From: Schmidtea polychroa | Lineage: Eukaryota | Direction of reading: 5' to 3' | Length of the DNA stretch: 64,000 nucleotides | NCBI GenBank assembly: GCA_044892525.1 | Contig: CM097885.1 | Coordinates: forward strand, 244,900,001-244,964,000 | Translations under genes and position numbers: made by a program | Part shown: piece by piece, positions 39,348-49,118 of the stretch | Layout: each line of letters opens with the position of its first letter | Position numbering within the stretch: position 1 is the first letter of the stretch | The notes under the pieces: generated by a model | What the model was told of the DNA's origin: nothing | The model's database searches: none | Seen by the model: only the letters and a program-made list of their open reading frames with translations

Positions 39348-40770
39348 TAAATCAAACTATTTTAAAATTTCCGCCTTCGAATTTTAGCCATACTTATTCT
39401 CCCCAAGTTGTTTTCATTAAATTATTTTTAGGATTTTTTGCAAAACTAATTTTGTTTGTAGTTTGTTTACTATATTATCACTAGTTGAAGTTATTGATTT
39501 GTTTTGCTTGTGGAATGGAAGGGTGAATGAATAACTTCATAAGTCAATTTATTTTATTAATGAATTCTGTCAACAAATAGGCGAAGTTGCTATGAACTTC
39601 CTTTTATTGAAAATCGACTGGTCTTTATACTTCTTTTGAAGGTTTTTATGAATTTAAGTATAATAGAAATGTGATGAAAGGATATATTTATCGTTCATGG
39701 TCTTTATATTTTAGTCCTGTAAATTCAGTAAATTGGTTAAGTTGTTGATGAAGAATGAATATTCCAAATCACTTTTATTAATAATAATGAAAGAGATAAA
39801 TGTATAAGGATTCTTAAAGACCTGCATTTGAGAATTATGAGGTAAATAACATTAATAGTGTGAAAAAGGATGAAAAGGATGAAAAGATGAACATTTTTAG
39901 TTGGTTCTGCTGTATTAGAAGGGTTTAACATAAAATAATAATAAGATAAGCAAGCTGTTGAATAACCTAAATTTCACGATTATCTCTAATTCATGTAAAG
40001 AACACAATATGTTTTTCAATAAATCAAAAACTCCAGTTGAAGTGTGTTCAGATCTCGAATATCAATTTACATGCAATGGGTTTAATGTCACATACATTGA
40101 AAAGATTTCCCGTTTTCTATATACTCAAGAGATTCAGGTCTTGATTTTCTTCCGTTGCAGTCGTAGTAGGATTAATAGTTTTAATAGTGAATTTATCTAA
40201 AGAACCTGATAGCTTTTGTCGAGCGTCTTCTATTTTACTTATTTTGCGCGCCTGATAATTTTGATGTTTTTCCGATTCCAGACATCTAAGGATTTTAAGT
40301 TAAAATTTATTATACATTGTAATTATTTAATATTGTTATTTAATATATAATTAGTTATTTAATATTGTAAATTATACTTACGTTGAAATTTTATAATGAA
40401 TGCCTGATGAAAATCAATAAATATTTGATTTACGCAGAAGACATGCAGTGGTGGTCTTGACTAGACGTAAATGTCAACCAATATTAGGTTGACCAATATT
40501 AGTGAATACAATAATAAGTAAAAATGTCATTTCTGATTTTAAAATTTTATTATAAATATAAATTAGTTTTAATAATTTTTATTTTGGCGTCTCAAAGTAG
40601 TTTCTTAACTGTTCATGTGTCTCATAGAAACTAATAATTTATACCCCCTTTGCCTGGAAGTTGAAGCCTCGCAAAGGGTGAGATTGATTGCAATAAAATA
40701 TGATTGTAAAAATATTTTTATGGAAACTAGATATCCATAAGCGTTTCTTATAAAGAATTTATATTTGTAG

Positions 40771-41802
40771 GTTTCTCTAAGTTGGTCGGGCAGTTCAAAA
40801 ATAGATTTATCAACTTATTGGTTAAGTGGTACTTGGGATATAATATCCTGTCCCGGTAGAATAACTAATGGAACTATGGATTCGAGTGGAATCGAGACTC
40901 AAGAAATTATTTATCAAATTACAATTCGTAGAAAGACTCTATTTTATACAGTTATCCTTATTCTTCCTTGTTTATTAATTTCTCTACTTACAGTCTGTGT
41001 TTTCTATTTGCCAGCTGATGATCACCATAAAATGACGCTGACTATTTCCATCCTTTTAGCATTGATTGTATTTTTCCTTTTAATTAGTAAGCTACTTCCT
41101 CCTACTAGCACTTCTATTCCTCTTATTAGTAAATACTTACTCTTCACTTTTATTGTTAACATCATAGTTATAGTAATCACAGTGATCATCATTAATTTGA
41201 ATTATCGTACCCCAAGAACTCATTATATGCCATCATGGGTGAAAAAGGTTTTCATAGAATTTCTTCCAATTGTACTTGGAATGAGTAGACCAAAGCATAT
41301 CGAACAGGAGCTTATAGACAAAAAGAAAATCGGTGTTATTTCTCCTGGAATGATGAGGCAACAGAAGAAAACTTTGAATTCAACCAAACCGGTAGTGAGC
41401 GCATTTGATAAGTTGAAACCCAGCTCGAAACGTTTGATAAAAATGGTTGATTCTCAAATTTCAATGGGACTCATGAATGACAAATTTAAAAGATATTCCA
41501 ATGATGCTGACAATGGGATTTGGAAATCTCAAAATAGTAAAATTATGCCATCGACTAGTTGTAATAAAATTACAAATAATTCGTTCAATTTTTCTCGTAA
41601 TTGGGAGGATATTGAACATGTTCCAAAGAGGTCCTATACAGATAGCATTTCATCAAAAAGCGACAGTAGCACTCGACTGACAGATGAAATGAATACAAAT
41701 TGGCTATTTCGCGGTTATGAAATTAATCATGAAATGAGGCAGGCCATTCTTAGTATTAATTTTCTTTCCTCCCATACAGAATCCCAAGGAGAATTTTCAA
41801 TG
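40771..41802 (+). CDS. nAChR exon 6 (loop C without vicinal Cys, M1-M3, cytoplasmic loop); beta1/UNC-29-like non-alpha subunit
   Basis: IDLSTYWLSGTWDII...IRRKTLFYTVILILPC...KMTLTISILLALIVFFLLISKLLPPTS...NYRTPRTHYMP. No YxCC, so non-alpha. Confidence 0.93.
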
Positions 41803-41847
41803 GTTAATAATATTTTATTGTTAAACTGAATGAACTATATTTTCTAG

Positions 41848-42003
41848 GGAAAGCAAGATTGGCAGTTCGTGGCGTCTGTAATTGACAGGCTAATGCTGCT
41901 TATATTTTGCACAGTTACACTGATTGGCACGGCCGCGTTATTTCTGAGAACTCCTTATTTCTTTTCATTGTTTGATCCTACTGCTGAGGTTAATAATTGT
42001 TAA
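41848..42003 (+). CDS. nAChR exon 7 (M4, stop)
   Basis: GKQDWQFVASVIDRLMLLIFCTVTLIGTAALF...NNC*, after a 45-bp GT-AG intron. Confidence 0.9.
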   Translation, partial: GKQDWQFVASVIDRLMLLIFCTVTLIGTAALFLRTPYFFSLFDPTAEVNNC

Positions 42004-42179
42004 CAAATTCATTTCAAGTCATCTTTATCTTTTATGCTTATATCTTCCATTGGTAAAGTTATTTTTTGGGATTTTTTATTGTGAATTGTAACTTTAGGAA
42101 TAGAATAGATTAATTGTAAACTTGATTTAAATGCAGTAAATTATATTTACAGGTATGACCAGGAGTTAAATTAAGGTTT

Positions 42180-43268
42180 TGTTAGGTTCGATGGGTATGT
42201 CTTCGAACTAACACAAAAATGTTCTATCTGACTCCACGTAAATAATTTATGCGCGTAGGTATAAATAAACAAGAAATATGATTTAAATATTTATTTTTTT
42301 TTAATTAAAAGATTATTCACACGTTTAAATAGATATATATATATAGGTACACCACGCTGCTTTCTCTAAGTATAGAAAACGGTTATTCAAACCGCCCTGA
42401 AGAGTGTTACTAAGTATCAAGGCTGGCCCTAAATGCGCCAACAGCCCGATATAGGTGAAAGGAAAAAGAGAACGGGACAATCACCAAAATTTACGCTATA
42501 GAGTTAACCCAGAAATTGGTTAACTCTTTTCAAATAGTTATTGATAACGACACAACACAAAAATACGTGCTGACGTTATGATATCCCTTATTTGAAATTA
42601 CTTAAATTTGTTAAAATATAAACCGATTTGAAAATTACTTATAACTATTTAAATAATGATAAATACTAACTGATTTAATATCTTTACCAAATAACGTTAT
42701 AATAGATAATCCACAAAATTTGCTTTCGATCCAATATTTCCAATACAAATTCTTCAATTAGATTGTCGATAAGACTAAATTCCCAAAATTCCAAAACTAA
42801 ATTTTCCTTTAATCGATGAAAATTATGCCAACTGTCACTTCGCCGAAAATTAGTTTACGATAAAACCAAATTTCCCAAAATTCCAAAACTTGACGAGAAT
42901 TAGTTGGTTGCTAAAAATAGAATTGACTTCTTCTTCTCTAATTTCAGACACTGCGGTTTTTTGCCTTCTCACTTCCTCCTTCCTTCTAATTTTTATCTAT
43001 TATTTATACTAATTTATTTTACGTAATTCTATTAATAGTAATTGTTTAATTACTATTTTTATTATATATTTTAAATAATTTCTATAATTCTATTTTTAGT
43101 AATTATTTATTACCAATTATATTTTAGTTTTAATTTTAGTATTTACTTTCTATTTTTGGTAATTTTAAAATACTATTTTTATTTTAATCCTAATTTTGGT
43201 AATTAATTATTATTTTATTTATTATCTAATTTCGAACGTTCATTTCCGGTTCCTACTGAACCCCAACA
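42180..43268 (-). repeat. 3' LTR of element B (1089 bp)
   Basis: Matches 55953-57054; PPT adjacent. Confidence 0.96.
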
Positions 43269-43280
43269 TGTCTTCCCCCT
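43269..43280 (-). promoter_or_regulatory. Polypurine tract of element B
   Basis: Minus strand AGGGGGAAGACA immediately before the 3' LTR. Confidence 0.8.
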
Positions 43281-43504
43281 AACAAGATTTTCGTCCCGAA
43301 AATTAAAGCGGTAAAGATAAGACAATTGCAGCCGATACAAAAAACAAAAATAAATAAAATGAATCACTGATTAAAATATATATAAAGCAATCAAAGTCAA
43401 AATCAAAAATTGTTAAACAAAATCAAGAATCAGATTAATCAAATGTTGTTCATAAATTGAGGATGTAGCAAATTGCTAGGTCCATTGAACACATAGCCGA
43501 ATTG

Positions 43505-45667
43505 CTAGTATTTTCTCCTTTTCATGACCTTGGCACTTTCGTTACGGATCCTTTGTTCTACAATGTCAGGTCTGTAACTGACCACCAAAGTCTCCCGTGT
43601 ACTTACCTCTTTGTACACAATTGAGGAGATGATATATGAGCCCTCATTAGCCTCCAATACTCCGTAATCGGGGAAATTGGATACGGCTACTTCATGGATT
43701 GGGCCTCCGTCGTATTCCTTGATACGCGGTTTCCATTTGCTGTCGGGTCTCTGCCACCAACTAGGATCTTCTCTGTCGAGATCTTCCCGTATTTTGATTG
43801 AGTTGCCCCTTCCGACGAACTCGCCTTCCTTCACGATGATCGGCTCTCCTGTAATCGTGGGTTCACTCTTTGTTGCCAATATCTTGGTCAACGCGGGATC
43901 TGGTGGCTGATAGTGAGTTTCTAGGAGATCGTCATCCTCATCCTGGATGGATATCCTAGGCATTTTCTTTTTCGTACTCTTAGGAATCTCCTTTTTCCTT
44001 TTTGCGGAGATAGGGACAGTTTTCTCCTTGTCCTCTTTCTGGGGGAGTTTCTCCGTTGTTTTCTTTTTAAACTTCAAATCTTGTAGCTTAAGTAATGGTG
44101 CTACAGCTTGGGGTAACGTTCCTCCTTCTGCTCCTTGTTTGGGTTCACCCAACGGGGCCAATGCTTTCAGGATCTTGGTGACCCGTTCAACTAACTTTTC
44201 TGCTGGCTGTGGTTTGTCTATTTCCATTTTAGCCGAATTCACCACTCTACCGTCATTGGTAAGGGTGACTTGGAGGCAGTTATCGTCTGCACTCTCACAA
44301 GTGGCATAGTCGTCTTCATCAGCAATTGAAATGGCTGGCGGCGACAAGGAATCTTCTTCCACTATTTTCAACAACTTTGACCTGGGGATATCTTCTTTCA
44401 CATAGCTCTCCATAGCTAGAGGTTTCTGCCTGCTTGAGGTTCCGGGTTCCATCTGCTTTATTTGTGAAGACACCACCTCTTTCCGGGTGTCTGGTGAAAT
44501 GTCATCAACCCAGATATCTCGTAAATTGTCGTAAATCTCCTTAATGGTTGTGACATCATTCTCCGTTTGTAGGTCCGAGAAGTGATGTGCCTCTTTACCG
44601 GTGACTGCTTTTGCTAGATATGCCAAACGGTAATACCCGTTGCATTTCTTTAGTTCCCTACTTTCGAGGCATTTAGCTGCGCCTAACTCACGAATTCCGA
44701 GTGCGCGCTGCATTGGGAATCTGATTACTTCTAATAAGTCCTTTACTAGTAATCCCACGATGATCTTCCCATCGCAGATTTTTCTAATTCTTTCGGCACA
44801 GTCTTCTCCGTCGAACTGTCCTGTTATTTGTTTCTCGGTCATACCATGCGCATGCGATTGGTAATGTTTGACCTGTGCTCTGGGGGTGACTCTCGTGTTG
44901 AGTATTAGATCACCATTGAAGTGTGAGATCGAGATGGCCACGATTGCCGGTTTCAAAAATTGTCGTAATGTAGCGTAGTGAGCTGCTACGAAGATGGTGA
45001 GGTTATCCTCTTGTCTAGGGTCCATGCGCTGTCTAACGAAAGACTTGAATGTTTTAATGTCGTTATCGTTGACATTATATGTCCAGTTTGGGTCATTAAC
45101 CCATCTGGTTTGTGTTTCTCTGTGAGGTTCCAGAATTTCCATTGCTATGATGGTATCTATACCTTCACATAACAGTGAGATGTTCTTTTCCCTTCCATCC
45201 CCGTTTTCTATCTCGAGGGTTGTGTGCTTTTGCAGCAAAATGGGGTTTGTGGCGCCAGGAACATAAACCGTAAATGGTTTGTTAATGGCGTGTATCCACA
45301 GGTGGTTGGTCAGACTATGTCTGCCAAACTCAGGCATGACATCGGTGAGCCTAATACTACCGTTATGCTTACCCGGGATTCTTGAGATGATCATTTGACG
45401 CTTTGGGGCCTCGTCAAATTTAAAATTATTGGGTATGCCTGAACAATGACCGTAAAACCAGTGCCTTTGGCCTTTTCTACTTTGCTCCATAACCTGCTTC
45501 TCCAGGTTTTTATAAATAAGTTTTTCTTTTAGTAAGGTTGTAGCACGTATAATGCTATGTTTTCCTTGATATTGGGATATTGGGTGGCTCTGCATTCCTG
45601 AAATAAAAATCATTAACCATAATATCAGATATACTGATATGCCATAATAGGCTAAAAAGATATGCAT
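43505..45667 (-). CDS. ORF3 accessory protein with a degenerate DEDDh (REX4/ISG20-like) exonuclease domain
   Basis: Intact 720-aa ORF between pol and the PPT. ISISHFNGDLILNTRVTP..VKHY...HGMT...GKIIVG...RLAYLAK...ENDV resembles the REX4-like fold. Confidence 0.7.
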   Translation of the reverse strand: MHIFLAYYGISVYLILWLMIFISGMQSHPISQYQGKHSIIRATTLLKEKLIYKNLEKQVMEQSRKGQRHWFYGHCSGIPNNFKFDEAPKRQMIISRIPGKHNGSIRLTDVMPEFGRHSLTNHLWIHAINKPFTVYVPGATNPILLQKHTTLEIENGDGREKNISLLCEGIDTIIAMEILEPHRETQTRWVNDPNWTYNVNDNDIKTFKSFVRQRMDPRQEDNLTIFVAAHYATLRQFLKPAIVAISISHFNGDLILNTRVTPRAQVKHYQSHAHGMTEKQITGQFDGEDCAERIRKICDGKIIVGLLVKDLLEVIRFPMQRALGIRELGAAKCLESRELKKCNGYYRLAYLAKAVTGKEAHHFSDLQTENDVTTIKEIYDNLRDIWVDDISPDTRKEVVSSQIKQMEPGTSSRQKPLAMESYVKEDIPRSKLLKIVEEDSLSPPAISIADEDDYATCESADDNCLQVTLTNDGRVVNSAKMEIDKPQPAEKLVERVTKILKALAPLGEPKQGAEGGTLPQAVAPLLKLQDLKFKKKTTEKLPQKEDKEKTVPISAKRKKEIPKSTKKKMPRISIQDEDDDLLETHYQPPDPALTKILATKSEPTITGEPIIVKEGEFVGRGNSIKIREDLDREDPSWWQRPDSKWKPRIKEYDGGPIHEVAVSNFPDYGVLEANEGSYIISSIVYKEVSTRETLVVSYRPDIVEQRIRNESAKVMKRRKY

Positions 45668-45790
45668 GAGTCTTCTAAAAGATCTACATATGCTGAATTT
45701 TAATGCTACCTGGAGCTCTACGTAAATATAGATTTTAATATATATATAAATATTTATATATGATTTTTCCCTCGGGGGAGTCTGTAATTG

Positions 45791-48700
45791 TCATAATTGC
45801 GACATCAGTACTCCATCGTAAGCCCTTATGGCTTGTCTAAAATATAGCTTGGTCCAAATACCCATAGCTATCAGTGTAGTTACTAGCAATAGGACGGCTG
45901 ATACCGTAATCCATACCCCTATGGGTACTTTCAGGATATATCCTGTATTAAAGTTTGTGATGGCATTACAATCACAACAGTTTGTCAAGTTTGGAGTCGT
46001 TGGACAAGATATTTGTTTGATCGGTGGCAACTGTCTAAGATGTTGCCACATCGTGGGATGTATCACCATGTTTTCTCTAACTACTTTTGGGGGTATTTCC
46101 GTTATTACTGGCTGTTTCAAAGGTAATATCTCCTCGAATACCTCGAACCACCTATCGTCCTCCCGTTTCCTCGGACTATAGTATATAACTAGAACCGAGT
46201 ATTCTACTGACTGATTTAGATACCTTTCTTGGGAGGGAGAGTTCTGGTCTAACCATAATGTTCCTCTCGTGGTTGATCCGTCTAGAATGCTGATTTTCAC
46301 CTTCTCCTCCCTGTTAATTCGCTGACTAAACTTTACTTTATCCCTTCCGTAGGATATCGATATGCGATTTGTGAAATCCGCCGTCCGTAGGATCCAATTT
46401 GATACGTGATAGGTATACCAACCATTCCGATATAACCTTGATGCTGCGATATGCAGTTTATAATCCGTCTCGGCTTTTAAGTCATATAATTCCCACTCTT
46501 TTTCTTCTGAATCGAGCTGGCGGACCCGTAAGTACTTGTTGTAGAAATGTAAATTGAACTTTGTAGCATTATCGCACGTTGTGAGTATGCTAATTCCATG
46601 ATACGTTCTTATAAAATGTAAGTGTTCCACTTGCATAGCCATCGGCTGAAAATAGGCCTTTCTATCCCTTTTTGCCATTGCCAAAGTCATCATACAGCTT
46701 ATTATCAGCAAAAAGGTTACCGATTTTGGAACACCCCTTGATCTCAATGGGTATCGGTGTTCTTGTGGTTCTTCGGTAGTGTTTGGTTTCACTTGTTTCT
46801 CTGGTGCTCTTACTTTTGAATTTCCAGAGATTCCTTTTGTTGAGATTTCGCACTTTTTACACCGATTAGCATGCACCATTATTGGTTCTGCTTTTCTGTT
46901 GGCTACAAGTTGTAATATGAGATTTGTGTCTGTGGTTCTCAATACCTCATATGGCCCTTTGAAATTGCGCATGAGTTTTGGTGATAAGCCTTTCTTGTTA
47001 TAATGACTTTCCAACATCACCTGGTCTCCAACCAATATGCCATGATCCTTGGCTTTTCGGTCATGATAATCTTTGGATGCCTCCTGATTATATTTTATAC
47101 TGAGGCCTGCTCTAGCCCATGCTTCCTGCATTCTTTCCCGCATTTCCATTAGATAATCTTGCTGATCCAAGTACTGTGTTGCTTTAGGAAAAAACAACAG
47201 ATCTACTGGCATTTTACTTTGTCTCAAATACATTAGGTAAAATGGTGTTTCACCTGTTCCTTCGTGTACTGCATTTCTATATGCAAATAAACAGGATGGA
47301 ATGTGGATATCCCAATCCGTTTGCCCTGAATTTACATATGATGCTAACATATTAGCTAATGTTCCATTAAATCGCTCTACTAGCCCATCCGTCTGTGGGT
47401 GATATGGGGAAGTGTTCAACTTTAAAACTCCGAAATAATCATTTATTCCTTTGAGCAAATTACTCATGAAATCAGCTCCCCTATCCGTTAATAGCTTCGT
47501 AGGTACTCCATACCTAAAGACAATTTGTTCAACGAAAATTCTAGCTATCGTATCAGCTTTGTGATTAGGCATCGGGTAGGCTTCTGGCCACTTAGTCAAG
47601 TAATCACAGAACACTAAGATGTACTTGTTTCCGCTATTGGATTCTTTAAATGGCCCCAACACGTCCATTGCCGTCATTTCCATAGGTGTAGATGGTATTG
47701 GCATCGGCTTCATTGGCACGTGTGGTTTCTTTCCGGTATTTCTTCTGGTGATACAGATCTTACATGTCTGACACCAGGTTTTAACCTCTTGTTTCATGCC
47801 GGGCCAAAAATATTTTTGTTTTAACCTTGACAATGTTTTTCTGGATGACAGGTGGCCTCCTAAGGCTCCATCGTGATACTGCAACATGAGTGCTTCACGG
47901 TATTTCTTAGGGACCATTACAACATTGTCTCTTACATCTGAATATTTGACTAATCCTTCCTCCAGCACAAACTTGTCCTTATTCTTTTCCCAGTATTTCG
48001 TGAATTCTGTGGGCACGTATTTCGCTTCTAAGGCTTGTCGAATGACATTGATTTCTTCGTCAGCTTTTTGTGCCTCCATTAAATCAGCTAGCCGGTTGGC
48101 TTCTCGAGTCAGTGTGAAGATAGTCCCTTCGAGACGTCCTTCCTTCACATCTTCTGCCTCCTCCTCCTGGTCCATTCTCGATAAAGCATCTGCATTTCCA
48201 TTGTGATCTCCTTTTCTATAATGGATTTCTATGTCATATGGCTGTAAAATTAATGCCCATCTGACCAGTTTTGATGTATCCATTGTATGTTTCGTCAACC
48301 ACTGTAATGGTCTATGATCGGTATACACTATGATCTTTCGACCCCATAGATAAGTCCTAAACTGGGTTATAGCATACACAATTGCTAAAGCCTCTAGTTC
48401 TATCACTGCGTAGTTTCTTTCATGCGGTTTTAATCCTCTGCTAGCGTATGCAATTGCATACTCATCTCCTAGGTCATCTCTCTGACCTAGCACAGCACCT
48501 ATGCCCCGAGTGCTGGCATCTGTCATAACCAAAAATTGTCTCTCAAAGTCTGGAAATCGCAATATAGGTGGCTTGATGAGTTTTTCCTTGAGCATATCAA
48601 ATGCTTCTTGCTGTTCTGTTCCCCACACAAATTTGACATTTTTGCCTTCTAACTGCGTGAGTGGAAAAGCTATAACCGAAAAGTTTCTAATGAATTTTCT

Positions 48701-49118
48701 GTAGTATCCAACTAGACCTAAAAACCCTTTGATATGTTTAACGGTTTTAGGCTCCGGGAAATTCTTTACCTTTTCGACATTAGCTGGGTCGGGTTTAACC
48801 CCGTCTCGTGATATGATATGGCCAACATATACCACTTCTGGTTCGGCCCATTTACATTTGGTCGGTTTCACTTTCATGTTGGCGTTAATCAACCTCTTGA
48901 ACACATCTTCCAAATGTTCCAAGTGTTTTTCCAAATTTGGCGAGAATACTATAACGTCGTCAATGTATACCATCGCATGATGTACATCCATGAGCATCAA
49001 ATTCATTGCTCTTTGAAATGTGGCTGGAGCTCCGGTGAGTCCAAATGGCATTACGTTATATTCGTAATGACCCATACTCGTAGAAAACGCTGTTATTGGT
49101 ATAGTCTCATCTTTTAGC
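45791..49118 (-). CDS. Polyprotein part 2: RT core, RNase H, integrase, C-terminal membrane protein
   Basis: MPFGL, YIDD, TDAS, ELEALA, HHCC, D-D-E (AMD, TDRG, VERFN), GPY. The frame continues upstream of the Met as FYQIKLKDETIPITAFST. Confidence 0.95.

Noticed and set aside
40771-40920. Alpha-subunit assignment for the nAChR
   Set aside because: Loop C lacks the vicinal cysteines, so it is a non-alpha subunit.
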